A program made the translations under genes and the position numbers. From Eledone cirrhosa (Eukaryota), in the NCBI GenBank assembly GCA_964016885.1, contig OZ024755.1, positions 37,138,001 to 37,202,000 of the forward strand: a stretch of 64,000 bases of DNA. The letters run 5' to 3'. The notes under the pieces were generated by a model that saw only the letters and a program-made list of their open reading frames with translations, was not told the origin of the DNA and made no database searches. Below, piece by piece: positions 27,095-41,551 of this stretch. Numbering within the stretch: position 1 is the stretch's first letter; the number at the start of each line of letters is the position of its first letter.

Positions 27095-28355
27095 CTCATC
27101 ATCATTGTCACCTTCATATTATTATCATCATCATCATCATCATCACCACCAGCATCACCATTATCACCATCATCATCATCATCATCACCACCATCATCAT
27201 CATCACCACCATCATCATCACCACCATCATCATCATCACCACCATCATCACCACCATCATCATCACCACCACCATCATCATCAGCATCACCAGCAGCAGC
27301 AGCATCACCATTATCACCATCATATCATCATCATCATCATCATCACCACCATTATCACGATATCATCAGATTCATCATCATCGTCATCACCTGCTATAAC
27401 ATCTGTATCAATATCAGTATAATATCGATTATCATCAATATTATAACCATCATCATTTATCATCATCATCGTAGTATCACCATCATCATCATCATCATCA
27501 TCATCGTAATATCATCATCATCATCATCATCATCATCATCGTAATATCATCATCATCGAAATATCATCATCATCATCATCATCATCATCATCGTAATATC
27601 ATCATCATCGTAATATCATCATCATCATCATCATCATCATCAACGTAATATCATCATCATCGTAATATCATCATCATCGTAATATTATCACCATCATCAT
27701 CATCAAACTGTCAAAGGTGTTATCAATAGATGCCATCAGAAACACACCATCCTCAACAACAACAACAACAACAACATCTTTATTATTAACATGGTCTCCA
27801 TCATCAGCCAACATCACTGTCATCACCACCACCACCACCACCATCACCACCACCACCACCATCACCATCACCAACATCACTGTCATCACCACCACCACCA
27901 CCATCACCACCACCACCACCATCACCATCACCAACATCACTGTCATCACCACCACCACCACCACCACCACCACCACCACCAACATCACTGTCATCACCAC
28001 CACCACCACCATCACCACCACCACCACCACCACCAACATCACTGTCATCACCACCACCACCACCACCACCACCACCATCACCAACATCACTGTCATCACC
28101 ACCACCACCACCACCACCATCACCACCATCACCATCATCACCACCATCACCATCACCATCACCACCGCCATCATCACCATCACCACCATCATCACCACCA
28201 CCACCATCACCACCACCACCATCAACATCACCGCCACCACCACCATCACCACCACCACCACCACCACCACCACCACCACCACCACCACCACCACTACTAC
28301 CATCAACATCACCGCCACCACCACCATCACCATCACCACCACCACCACCACCACC

Positions 28356-28387
<32 letters not shown>

Positions 28388-28390
28388 CAG
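27095..28390. repeat. (CAT)n/(CAC)n/(CAA)n trinucleotide low-complexity block
   Basis: ~1.3 kb of trinucleotide repeats with the higher-order anchor aacatcactgtcatcacc; open in several frames. Confidence 0.95.
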
Positions 28391-28931
28391 GAGCCACATC
28401 GGTGTACACCTCTTTCTCATTAACATTGCTGTGGACAAACATTGACTTTTATTCTCTTTCTACATAACCATAATGCTTATCGTCTTCAGCCATTTTACTT
28501 TTGCGTCGTTTCGTTTGTTACTGTTTTTCTCTTGTTTGTTCTTCCCTTCCTTCTTGCTTATAACCATTTCCCTACCAGATTGATTTTACTACAACATCAT
28601 CTCTATTGCTCTCTTCTCTCTGTAGGGAAGAGACACTTATTTTCATGTCATTGTGAGTCATGCTTTGATCTAGACCTTGGTTTCATCTTCATTTTCTTCT
28701 TAGAGCAGCTCTGAAGCTTTTAACTGTTCAAATGCCATTATACATCAAATACTTGTATAATAATTGTCGGAAAATGTAAACTAAAAATGATACTTTCAAC
28801 GATATATTACATCTTTTTCTCATAAATTCTTTGGTCTTCCATCACGTTCTTTTTATATTTGTGTACAAGGATATATATATGTATATATTTGTATTTGTGT
28901 ACGTATATATATATATTTGTATTTTTGTACG

Positions 28932-28964
<33 letters not shown>

Positions 28965-28974
28965 ATTTTTGTAC

Positions 28975-29021
<47 letters not shown>

Positions 29022-29041
29022 TATTTGTATTTTTGTACGTT

Positions 29042-29082
<41 letters not shown>

Positions 29083-29147
29083 ATTTTTGTACGTATATAT
29101 ATATATATATATTTGTATTTTTGTATGTATCTATATATATATATATA

Positions 29148-29549
29148 TAAAATATTAAACAAATAATGAATAAAACAATGAAACAGTTCCTTATATTAAA
29201 CAAAAAAAGTTCATTATTTAACGATCGTTTCTAGGATATATATGTGTTAGAATTGGCATGCATATTCAACAGATCTATGTACAAAATTATACAAAATTAT
29301 ACAAACTATCAAGATTAAATATACATACCAAACACACATATATGCCGTCTTCAGAAATAGTGTGTTTGGTATGTATATTTAATCTTGATAGTTTGTATAA
29401 TTTTGTATAATTTTGTACATAGATCTGTTGAATATGCATGCCAATTCTAACACATATATATCCTAGAAACGATCGTTAAATAATGAACTTTTTTTGTTTA
29501 ATATAAGGAACTGTTTCATTGTTTTATTCATTATTTGTTTAATATTTTA
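29148..29549. repeat. Near-perfect fold-back with ~190-bp arms next to (TA)n
   Basis: 29148-29337 is the reverse complement of 29360-29549. It contains GAAACGATCGTTA with a degenerate CTGTTGA upstream. Confidence 0.8.
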
Positions 29550-29681
29550 TCTTGACTCTGTATTCCGTTTATCTTTCACCGAAAGTGATTTTTCATTACA
29601 TCTCTTCTTTCCATGATATCCGGAATACATTGAGTTCTTCATACGGATTGGACACTACCGTAAACTCTTGGTAGATTTATC

Positions 29682-29740
<59 letters not shown>

Positions 29741-30387
29741 ATGCGAACGTATTTCTCATATATTTTGTTCTTATTCACATCGACTTTGTACTTTCTGTTT
29801 TATCTGATTCATAAGCAGGATTTTATTTTATTGTAAAAGCTATTTTTCTTTTGCGTGCTCAAGACTTGTTATAAAAGACCGATTTTTGAGTTGGTCGCCA
29901 TACTTATTTCATATTAGATATTCATATTCGCACATCAGCGTAGTGTTAACAAGGTAGATAAGGAAATGGAGCCTTCTTGTGTCTCTCTCTCTATATATAT
30001 ATGTATATACGGCTCAGTAGTTACCGATCATGTTGATCTTTTCTACTTTTCGGGTTATAGCTACTGTCGCTCAGGGAGTGGGATTGGCTCAGTGCACAGT
30101 CTTTCCTCACTTTAAAAAATATCTTCACGCACAGGCATTGCACGATAGAATTAATTAATAATTATTAATAACGTTATAGCGTGCAATGGCCATACTCGAT
30201 AACGAGGAGGCAGCCATCGTGTATATACGTATGTATGTATGTATGTATGTATGTATGTATGTATGTATGTATGTATGTATGTATGTATGTATGTATGTAT
30301 GTATGTATGTGTGTGTGTATGTATGTATGTATGTATGTATGTATGTATGTATGTATGTATGTATGAAATTATGTACGTACGTATGTA

Positions 30388-31000
30388 TGTCGGGTCACTC
30401 TTGAGTGCTACTGGTAACATGTAACCCAGTACAACCTGTCGCATGGTCGAATCGTCGGCGACTAAACCGGCAGCACCACCAAGCTTACTCGGTGAGGAAG
30501 GTGATTTTGGAGACGCTGCAGGACAAAATACAAAACATAACAAAGGGCGGAAAAACTCATAAGGGTCAACGGCCATCCAAAAGTGTGTAAATATGTATAT
30601 ACACATGTACATATGTATGTATATGTATATGTGTATATACATAGGTACATGTGTATATGCGCGGGGACATAGAAATAATCGGCGGTTAAAGCACTGGGAG
30701 TGAAGGAGCCCTAGCATTTGTCAGGGAATTCTTCTAGGGGAAGGCAACTCAGGAAACTGGGATAACTCTGATATAAAACCTGCGGGTCAGTAGTTACCGA
30801 TGATGTTGATCTTTTCTTCTTTTCGGGTTATAGCTACTGTCGCTCAGAGAGTGGAATTGGCTCAGTGCACAGTCTTTCCTCATTTTAATAAATATCTTCA
30901 CGCACAGGCATTGCACGATAGAATTAATTAATAATTATTTATAATGGTATATCGTGCAACGGCCATACTCGATAACGAGGGGGCAGCCATCATGTATGTA
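30388..31000 (+). mobile_element. Non-autonomous, internally deleted RTE-like element with an (ATGT)n tail
   Basis: Shared head gtcgggtcactcttgagtgctactggtaacatgtaacccagtacaacc and tail ctcgataacgagggggcagccatc(atgt)n. Related copies (3290-3633, 31660-32055, 53320-53612) encode a C-terminal C2H2 finger, CSVCTRVFKSLAGLKSHTRSAH. Others lie at 12480-12665, 19400-19598, 48440-48835 and 61110-61650 (all -) and 32125-32590 (+). Confidence 0.65.
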
Positions 31001-31002
31001 TG

Positions 31003-31582
31003 TTATCTCTTTCTCTTAATTTCGAGTATATTTTTTGACCGGCCACCTTCCTGGTGGCAAGGTTGTAAAAGAAAAGAAATTGTCATCCCTTGAATCGCAA
31101 GAATGTTTTGCAAATTTTGAAGGTGCCAGCTATCGCAGCCATTTGTAGACTATGAATTAGGGAGCTGCGCTCTTTGTCCGCAAATCCAAGTTCAGTTATA
31201 CATTGGTCCAAGCGGGTTGGTATATAATCCGTAGCTCCAATAATGATGGGTATGAAGCTAAAGGTGTATCTTGGATACTGGATCTGCAAATACCTCATCA
31301 ATGGACCGTAGATATCCTCCCTCTCTTGTATTTTTGTTACAATGTCGACATCAAGTGGACAACTGATCTCTACAACAGAGCACGTTTTCAATGTACGGTC
31401 CCAAACAACAATATCAGACCGGTTGTGCTTTAATTTGGTGGCAGCTTTTATTTTTCAGGTTCCACCAGTATTCCTTAGTGCCATCTGTCTCAATATATTC
31501 CTCCTCGTTTGTTTTCCTAAGTGCGTTCCAGATGGTTCTAACTATCACATCGTGTCTCATAGGGAGGTAGTAGTGACACGAC
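31003..31582 (-). mobile_element. R4/Dong-like LINE 3' fragment, (ACAT)n-associated family A (also 19648-20218 on +, 53984-54548 on -)
   Basis: [18 protein letters not shown]...KEYWWN and [13 protein letters not shown]...FIPIIIGA...KICKTF RLE domain with frameshifts; (ATGT)n on both flanks. Confidence 0.82.
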
Positions 31583-33729
31583 ATGTATGTATGTATGTAT
31601 GTATGTATGTATGTATGTATGTATGTATGTATGTATGTATGTATGTATGTATGTATGTGAGAGATGACCCCTAAGCCTTTGTCAAGGCAGAATTCTAGGA
31701 GAAGGAAAACTCTGATATAACACCTGCAACCCTGATGGTATCCAATGATGTTGACTTGTTCTTCTTTTTGGTAAATATCATCTTGGTTAAGAGAGTGGGA
31801 CTGGCTTTGTGCAGTGCTTTTGCTCACTATAAAAGCTTCACGGTACAGGCATTGCTTTATATCTGGAGATCTCTCTGCACTTGTCGTCACATGGTACCAT
31901 GGGCCCAGCACTATGTGTCAATAATTGTCACAAGTGTAATGTTTGTACCAGAGTTTTCATGTCGCAGGCTGGACTAAAAAGTCACACTTGTTCAGCGCAT
32001 CTCCTACATGGATATAAAGTAGTGGCCGTACTCGAAAACGAGTTGGCAGCCACCATGTATGTATGTATGAATGAATGTATGTATATATATATATATATGT
32101 ATATATATGCATATATGTATGTGTGTCGGGTCACTCTCGAGTGCTACTGGTAATATGTAACCCAGTACAACCTGTTTTGTGGTAGGCTTGTCGGCGACTA
32201 AACTGGCAACCCCAGCAAGCTTCCTTGGTGAGGAGGGTGATATATGGACACCCTGCGGGATGAAATACAAGACCCGGCAAAGGGCGGAGTAACTCAGTAG
32301 AGTCAATGGTCAACCAAATAGTACTTTCTTTTCATCTTGGAGTAAATGGCCCACAGTTGCTGTCCCGATGATGTTGACGATTTCTCCTTTTCGGGTAGAG
32401 CTTTCGATGCTCAGAGAGTGGGATTGGTCGAGTGCAAGGCCTTTCCCCACTTAAAAAACCTTCAAAGCACAGGCATTGTTTGTTCAGGATATGTTACAGG
32501 TTCGTGTGGCTGGCTGTAGCCTAAACGTGCAACAAACTCTATAATCTCCCAAGCAATTGCAGTAATCTTAGCAGAGTTTGCAGCCATCATGTATATATGT
32601 TACGACGTATATATGTTTGCATGTACATAAGTATGGTTGTATGTAGGTATATATGTATGTATATATATGTGTGTATGTATATGTATATGTATATATATGT
32701 ATGCATCTACGTAGAAACAGATACACAAGCACACACACACACACACAAGCACACACACACATAGTTATATGCTGTACACTTGAATATGAAACAGACACCT
32801 TCATGCGTGTTAATTGATCTTATTGGTCAGCCAATGAAATGTTCAGACGATCCTTCGACTAAATTGCATATATATCTAACTCAACAAGTTCGAAGAAATG
32901 TCTTGTATTTAATTACGTCTCCTTGTCATCCATGTTCAAATTCTACTGGATCAAGTTTGTCTTTCATCTGTCTTTCAAATTAAGTCAAAATGACCGTCTC
33001 CAGTTGAAACTCTTCTTTACTAAGAGTTATTATGAATAGTAACTCACAGGGAAAATGGCCGACTGAAAGTTTTGTTTGGAACTCCTGGAATATGACTTTT
33101 GACTTTCCTCAGAGATGTGTCTAGAATTCCTAGGTTTACATATATTCAGTTTCTTTGCGTTTACAGATCACTTTGATTTGCTATAGTCACAGAGAAATAA
33201 TTTTCCAATTCTCGATAAGATATTCGCTAAAATGTCGACCAAATGTCGTTTCTACTTCGTGATATAATTTTTAATAACCAGATCTATAAAGTGACAGAAA
33301 GAATGTGTTACGCATTATTTTCTTGTAAAAATTCATCTCAATTTGTGCTCAATTAGTTTCATTACTTCCATGAATTGTTATAGTGTTTTTAGCTTCCTGT
33401 ATTTTCGAGTTTTTTTTATGAATAGTTACTTATCCATAGAAGTTGCTTTGTCTAAACTCAAAGTGACATAAGTACTCGATTTTCTTTTTATCAGTACAAG
33501 AATCTATGTATTATTTGATTAAAGATTTCATTTTGTATAAAGTTGTTTTATCCATATTTATTGATTCTTTGCTGGAGTAACTTTCATCCATTGTAGCATT
33601 TTACATTTTTTACTATTGTAAACATTCTTATCTATCAATCGACATAATTTTGTCCGCTTCTTTTAGAATAATCTAGTTGTTTTGGAATGTCTGTAATGCT
33701 AGCCAGTGCTCTATTACACATACACTCAC

Positions 33730-33769
<40 letters not shown>

Positions 33770-33978
33770 GTGAGTTTTTTTTTACAAAATGAAAAATAAC
33801 CGAGGTGTCCTACACGAGTGAAAGTATAAAGAAAAAAAGATGAAATCGAAAATGCAACTGGAGTCTTATTTAAAAAAAAATATATATATTTATTTGGTTC
33901 CTTTACCGGTTTCGCAGTTTTTCTGCTTTTCAAAAGTAGAGTTGAGATGGAGGGTCTGTGGCTTTTCTCACACACACA

Positions 33979-34076
<98 letters not shown>

Positions 34077-35492
34077 TATATATATATAATCCTGCCAAAT
34101 CAATGGGTGGCAGTAGTTCCAGCTACACACATCAAAAGACTGGTGTAGTGGTTCTGAGAACAATGTGGCTTTGCAGATGATCAATACAAATTGACAATGG
34201 AAAAGTACTCCTGCTTGAGTTAGAAGAGAACTATTGACCTTCAGGAGAAGCAGTGACCCCTGGTTGTATTCAGCAACCGAAACAAATATGAAGTACACCA
34301 AATCCAATGCTCCTAGGGGCGGCCCTGGTTCTTCTTATTTGCGAGTGTAAACTCGGCCAGATTAGATTAAATTATATATATATATAGAAAGAGAGGGAGA
34401 GAGAGAGAGGGGAGGAGGGAGGGGGAGAGAGGGGAGGGGGAGAGGGGAGGGGGAGAAAGAGGGGGGAAGAGGGAGACAGAAAGAGATACATACATACATG
34501 CATAATTATATTACAACAGCGTTCACAAGCTGTTTGTTGCAGGTTCCAATGGAGCAGCGTTTTAAAATGAGGAAATCTATTCTGAATGAGATGCAAATTG
34601 TTCTATCAAACCTGCTGAGGTTTTATTTCAAACTCAATTCGTATTGAAACATTTTCTGACTTGAAGTGGAGAGCAATACTTCTATTTCATTGAGACAACC
34701 ACTGGGACACCAGAAGCGAGACAATGGATTCTGTTTCGTCGCATTTGGTTCGAAATTAGTACTAGCTTGGTTTGAAGTAAACATCTTAACAAGCAGCTAT
34801 AAGTGGAGGCATATTTACAAATGTTATTAATTGAAATTAATTAATTCTTCCAAATTGCTGTTTCTGTCAGACGATTTTAATTGTCTTTGTAAGATTTCAC
34901 CTGAATCAATTGAAGTTGGTGAAAATAATTGGTCTTGAGGTGTAAATAGTATCGCTCGAGCACCGCGCGCAGTTCTTTGAGGTATCTAGTTACGAGCCTT
35001 TGTGCTCGAAGTTCAAATCATGCTGAGGTCAATATGTAATTTATTTGATAGTCGTCAGGAGGAAGAAAGTCAATGTTTTACTTACTGTGGTCGATAGAAA
35101 ATTGCTGGCGTTTGCCCAAATTGGAAACGTTTATCATAGTTATTTTTCAATAATTTCATCCAAGTTTCTATTGTATCTCCGATTCTAGATGTGCGCAGTA
35201 TTGTGTGAAGTAATGTTTCTGGAACGAGTGGAATATTGACTCATCTTTTTAGTGTACCGCATCAGTCATGCTTTATGATAGAGTTTAACTTGTTTGTTAT
35301 GTTATTGTAGCGTTGAGTCTGTCATTTGTGATACGTGTAATATGTGATGTGTTTTTCCTTTTATAAAGTGTTAACCCTGTAAAGTACATATCGTGTGATT
35401 TATGTTATTTTATTTATTGGATACTTATTGTATAGGGTGAGCTTTGTGTGTACAGATTTTTCTATTTCAGCTGAGCGTTTGAATCTATAATA

Positions 35493-35745
35493 CAGGCATG
35501 GACAACCTTTTTCGAGAAGTGGGCCGCAAGCGCTAATTTACATTCGTACCCACATTAAAAAAAGGGCGGTAACTCAGGTTGTTTAGATTTGTTTCTTCAG
35601 AATTCGTACACGTTATTTTCCTCGATCATAAAAATAATAGAAAGATAAATTACGATTGAAAAGTTGGGTAAAAAATTCAGAAATATTTCATTTAGGTGAA
35701 AGCTTCACTTAGAAAGCTTCGCGAGCCGCAGGTTGCCCATGACTG
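35493..35745. mobile_element. hAT-type MITE
   Basis: TIRs CAGGCATGGACAACC / GGTTGCCCATGACTG, with an 8-bp target-site duplication CTATAATA at 35485-35492 and 35746-35753. Confidence 0.85.
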
Positions 35746-37837
35746 CTATAATATCTTGCGTAGGATGTGAGTTGCTCTTATCAGTATGGAACATTGTGAG
35801 CCTTGGTAAGGCTTCTATAATTTTGATCATAACTTCATAACATACACAGTGCCCCAATTATTATTGACACTGATTTTACATTTATGCACCACATATTTTG
35901 TCTTTCAATTTCAAACCCTTTGTATTTTGACAGTTGTTTCACTTCTTTCCGTTAAATCTTTTCTGAAAGAGATCACGATGTCTATCAGTGTATGTATGTG
36001 TGTATGTCAGTATGTTTTTCAGTCCTCGATTATAATGCCAAGATGTTCCTTTACCGCTTTATCAATTTGGACAGATATATCCCAGATGACTGTGGCCAGG
36101 TCATTGTCATGTATCATGTCTAGCAGATGTATATGTGCCACTATTTGTCCCTTATAAGATCGAAGTGTTGTCATATTATCCAGTGGTTATACTTGCCTAC
36201 TCGATCATATCTTTGCATATATTGGGACCTAGCAGGAGCTGGGTTGCCGGGAATGATGTGGTTAACCATCTCAATGTGATCGTTGTACATCCTGTATTTG
36301 ATGATAGCAGCCACTGTCTTCTTCTTGTGACGCTAAACTCCGCCAGTTACAGACTGCACATCAACATGTGATATCTCTCTCCACAAAGTTCGATCACTAC
36401 CAGCAGAGTTCAAAGAGCAAATATCAAGTCCAGTCCATCAGTTGACATTGTCAAGACATCGTTTTGGCTGCTGACCTCTGCTTCTCTTACCAGTCAACCT
36501 TCCTTCCAGACATAACCTACTCACACCACGAGTTGATCTTTTTATATGACCGTATAGTTTGAGTACTCTTGACTTGACAATTGATGTAATTGGTCTAAGT
36601 TTGGTAATGTTGAGCAGCTAACTGATACAGATACAGTCGCTGAGCTGCTTACCAGACATAAGTCTCATAATGTGGTTCTGGAATGTAGCGAGCTTCTGAA
36701 GTGACCTTGTCATCCAATTAACATAGTCAAGACCATATAACACAACTGGTAGGATGTAAATAACAAACATCTTAGCCTCCAAGTGTCAGCCACTGTCACA
36801 GTTTTCTTAGAATTCTCTGTGAACAGACATTGGTCTTCTGCAGGGACAATTTGTTTTATTCTTCCTGTTTGTAGTTCAGACCTTTTGAGACATTGGTAAT
36901 TTTTACTATGTCAAACCTTACAAGGTATTCGACATTAGTGGTTGTGCGCCTCATTTTATTTTTATTATACTTTGTAATTCCAGGGTAGCGGTTTGGTAGT
37001 ATCAGTAGAGGGTCGGACACCATGCTCTGCAGCATAGAGTTACGGCCCTTTATGATCTGAGTTCAAATCCCGCCGAGGTTAACTTTGCCTTTCATCCTTA
37101 CGGGGTCGATAAAATAAAGTACCAGTCACGTACTGGGGTCGATTTAATCGACTTTCCCTTCCCCAAAAATTGCTGGCCTTGTGTCTATATAAGAAACCAT
37201 ATTATCCAGTGGTTATATGTGTCTACTTAATCATATCCTGGCCTTTCATCCTTAGGGTGTCGATAAAATAAAGTACCAGTAACGCACTGGGGTCGATATT
37301 ATTGACATTCCCCTCCCCTCAAAATTGCTGGCATTGTGCCTACACTAGAAACAATTATTATTATTGTTATTAGAATAATTTATTTATATATTTATGTTTT
37401 ACCTAGGTAAAGTAATTAGAATGAATCACAAACTGTATATTTTCTTTCATTTTCTTTTCCCTTAATCAGCATTACCAACAAGTGAGAGCTTCTAAGGGAC
37501 AAATATAGATCCTTTATATGGACATTGGATATGCTATATATAGCAGCCAAGTATTCCTCAAAGCGTACCATAGCATTCTAAAAATAAATGTCCATTTGAG
37601 TCATGTGATCCTAGATTCACTATATTTGCTTATAAAATCGATTGGTCATGGTTGGAACGCCTTTGATCACAGCTATCAGGTCGTAGTCTTGAACATCAAT
37701 GTCCAGAGATTTTTCTTTGACCTATCAAATACACAGAGCTGCTCAGTTCTTTGAGAATATTTGCATAAATTTGATAAAAGATGCATTAATCATGAAAGAA
37801 GAGTTTTATTTCAGAAAACATTGGCATGAATAGTAAT

Positions 37838-38640
37838 CTACTCAATGAATCCGCTATTAACATCGATTACTGTTTTAATACGAGGTCTTCGACGTTGATA
37901 TGGCCAAATCAGATATTTATCTATTTTGGACATTGTGCTAGTTATGAGGAACGTGAGAGATTTTATCGTGTAATGAGAGCATCGATTGCCTTCCCTCTCG
38001 ACTCGGCCCCATACATAGTAGGCCTACGAATTCATCTCCGGAAAACTAAGCGGCCACACGTTTAAGGTGACGTGATCGTGGAGATGGTAACTCGACCATT
38101 TCTGGATCAGTATGACAATATGCGACGGCACAAAGTCTTGTTAGTAGATACACGGTCTTCCTTTGTACACGCTCTCCTTCGAAGCTCTCACATCCCTCCG
38201 CAGCACCTCCCTATTCTCTGCAGCATTGGCACATATGTCCTGAAGAAAAAACATGAGGAAACATGACAACTCCCTCCTTGCTCACTACACATACCACCAT
38301 AGTTGCCCAGGATTTTGTGTGATTGACCGTTGGAAAATGTTTAGGTTCACTACATAACCATCTGTCTTTCCTTCGGATGACCTTTTGGTCCTGATCAAAG
38401 GTTTTCTCATTAGAAAGCAACAAAAGCATTCCTAGCTCTAATGTTTCAAATTTGATCTTTCAAAACGTTTCGATGACATCAGGATCCTTAGCAGCCATTT
38501 TACATTGCGCTACTGCTGTGGAATCACCGTTAATGGCTTCCATGTCATGCGAACTTTGACAACAAATGAGCTTGCAACTTTCAGGAAGCGAGCAATCTCT
38601 AAATCCCCATCTTCTGCCTTTAAGGCAACAATTGATACCT
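37838..38640 (-). pseudogene. Decayed Tc1/mariner-superfamily (DD37D/maT-like) transposase
   Basis: The minus strand encodes SNEKTFDQDQKVIRRKDRWL...VVSKEG and GRPCIY*QDFVPSH...NVWPLSFPEMNS*AYYVWGRVE...IDVNSGFIE*, degenerate forms of FSDEK, QQDSAPSH and WPPNSPDLNP. Confidence 0.75.
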
Positions 38641-38659
38641 GTCATTATTTATCTGGAAA

Positions 38660-39465
38660 TAGTGGATTGGCAGTATCGGTAGAGGGTCGGACGCCATGTT
38701 TTCCAGCATAGTTACGCCCCTTTACGATCTGAGTTCAAATCCCGCCGAGGTTGACTTTGCCTTTCATCCTTACGGCGTCAATAAAATAAAGTACCAGTAA
38801 TGCACTGGGTAATTGCTGGCCTTGTGCCAAAAGTAGAGACAATTATTTATCTGGAAATAGGGTGGTGGATTGGCAGTATTGGTAGAGCGTCGGACACCAA
38901 GCTTCGCTGCATAGAGTGAACGTTCAGAGTTCAAATCCCGCCGTTAGCTTTGATTTTCATCCTTACGGGGGTCCATAAATAAAGCACCAGTAATACACTG
39001 GGGTCGATTTGATCGACTTTCCCCTCCCCCAAAATTGTTGCCCTTGTGCCTAAATCAGAAATCATTATTTATCTGGAAAGATTGGTGGATTGGCAGTATC
39101 GGTAGAGGGTGGGACGCCATGCTTTGAAGCATAGAGTTACGGCCCTTGACGTTCTGAGTTCAAATTCAGCCGAGGTTAACTTTGCCTTTCATCCTTACAG
39201 GGTCGATAAAATAAAGTACCAGTAATGCACTGAGTAATTGCTGGCCTTGTGCCAAAAGTAGAAACTTCGAGGTTAACTTTGCCTTTCATCCTTACGGGGT
39301 CGATAAAATAAAGTACCAGTAATGCACTGGGTAATTGCTGGCCTTGTGCCAAAAGTAGAAACTTTGAGGTTAACTTTGCCTTTCATCCTTACGGGGTCGA
39401 TAAAATAAAGTACTAGTAATGCACTGGGTAATTGCTGGCCTTGTGCCAAAAGTAGAAACAATTAT
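38660..39465 (+). mobile_element. Tandem cluster of SINE copies, the last with a triplicated 3' half
   Basis: Three heads, each preceded by ttatttatctggaaa; gaggttaactttgcc...agtagaaac repeated three times from 39172 to 39460. Confidence 0.8.
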
Positions 39466-40867
39466 TTATCTGGAAAGAAATGATAAAACAAGTTTGAAAT
39501 CAGTCAGTTATTAAAAGACTCGTCTTTGAAAAAGCTGTGTTTTCAAGAAAGGATTTGAACTCAATGATATAGATGGTTGGATAATATCCTTGAGCATTGC
39601 TGGTCACACTTAGGGATCCAACCAGATCTGTTGGAGACGGTTGCTTCTGACAGGACCCGCTGGAGTGTGTCTTTGAGGACTCAGCCTCCACGACCCTCTC
39701 AAGAAAAAGTGAGAGAAGAAATGAAGAAAAGAAGAAGATATAGATGATTTGAATATCTATCAAGTATAGATTCAATTTTGCTATTTATATCATGTTACGA
39801 TGAGTAAAATAATGAAGGCATACAGACAGAGATGGCGAGAGAGAGAGAGAGGGTGGAAGAGAGATTTCGATCGTATTTTCATGTGTTTCACGATCAGATA
39901 TATTTGTGGCTTTAAACACATATCACATAAGTTGTTCCTCTTTATTCCTGAACTCCCAGAACTATCACATACATAGCAGGCCAAACCACATATACTGCAC
40001 GGATCTGGCCGTTACGTACTCATATGTAAGGAACAGAACCACAACACTGAGCAATTTTCCCTCCTTTTTTAAATTTACTAGCATAAAAAACCACCCTTCA
40101 GGTGGTTTTTTATGCTAGTCTGTGTAGTGTGCATATTGATATTATACACAAATATATATGGATTTATTGTTATACTTGGGGAGGGTCACATTTGTGTAAT
40201 ATTGCCAGATTTAATAACAGAACACACTCACTGTTTGGTTGGTTTTCGCTTCTCGCTGTCTTTTATATCTGCAATCTAACTTACTCGGTCCTCAATGTTG
40301 CCATTGACTGACCGACGGTCAAACATAATACAGATACAATATAGACACAAACACATATATATAGTTTACATAAATGGATTTAGATATATCAAATAAAATC
40401 ATAATTGAAAATATGCACAGAAATTGAAGAGAGACTGTGTTACACTGTCTTCTGTAATCAGTAAAGTAATCCATGATACATTAAAAAGACGATATTATAT
40501 ATAAACTGCATTAGGAGAAAATTAGTGACTTTGTTTCTCTGTAAACTGGTCTCCACAGTCTAGCTTACTGGCGTGAATTTACTTCAGTGATGCAATCGAA
40601 CAAGTACGGAACATGATCTTTACTTTTACCATTTGAGAGTGAAGACCAGCTTAGTTCCTAACTGCATTGTACCTATCGTACGGACACACACACAGACACA
40701 AACACACAGACACATACACACACACGCGAACACACATAGACACACATACACACACGCGAACACACAGATACATACACACACAGACACAGAAACATACACA
40801 ATATTACCCTTTCTTATTTATAATTGTATGTAGATTATATAAGTATAATTATTATTATTGTTATTAT

Positions 40868-40939
<72 letters not shown>

Positions 40940-41145
40940 CAGAAGGGATATTCAATTTGTTGCTAATTCAACAAATATAAATGTTTATAACTGATTCAGA
41001 GCACTCGACAAGTTTTCTGGAATATAATATTCACTGATATTAAATAAATGGAAACTATATTTATAAAACCAAGGACTATCCAAGGAAAACTTGAACCGTT
41101 AAGGTATTTTCCTTGGTTATGTCAAAATTTATAAAACACACTTCG

Positions 41146-41206
41146 TATTTTATCTGATGAAAGCGTACCAAAGTTTTGGTACCCTTGAAATATATATAAT
41201 AGAATA
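41146..41206 (+). ncRNA. Minimal hammerhead ribozyme motif (intronic, sense)
   Basis: tattttat CTGATGA aagcgtaccaaagttttggtaccctt GAAA tata TA taatagaata, inside a fold-back whose arms are taaataaatggaaactatatttataaaac (41042) and its inverse (ending about 41242). Confidence 0.65.
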
Positions 41207-41257
41207 AATATAGTTTTATAAATATAGTTTCCATTTATTTAATATCATTGTGTATAG

Positions 41258-41290
<33 letters not shown>

Positions 41291-41429
41291 AATAATGAAT
41301 GTGAAGACTAAATTCCGTTAAGGGTGAAAGCATCGATTCTTTGCTTAAATATATATGCATATATGTGTGTATATATATATATGCATATATGTGTGTATTT
41401 ATATGCATATATATATATATATATATATG

Positions 41430-41488
<59 letters not shown>

Positions 41489-41551
41489 TTAATATAGATG
41501 AGATTCTACAGGACTAGAACTGTTTCATTCTTTAGAAATCATCAGGAATTG

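Noticed and set aside
27038-28445. Poly-His, poly-Thr and Gly/Asp-rich ORFs
   Set aside because: A trinucleotide repeat open in several frames on both strands, with no unique domain or convincing exon structure.
40077-40119. Bacterial rho-independent terminator or contamination
   Set aside because: No bacterial-like genes nearby; the flanks are typical eukaryotic intron and repeat DNA.
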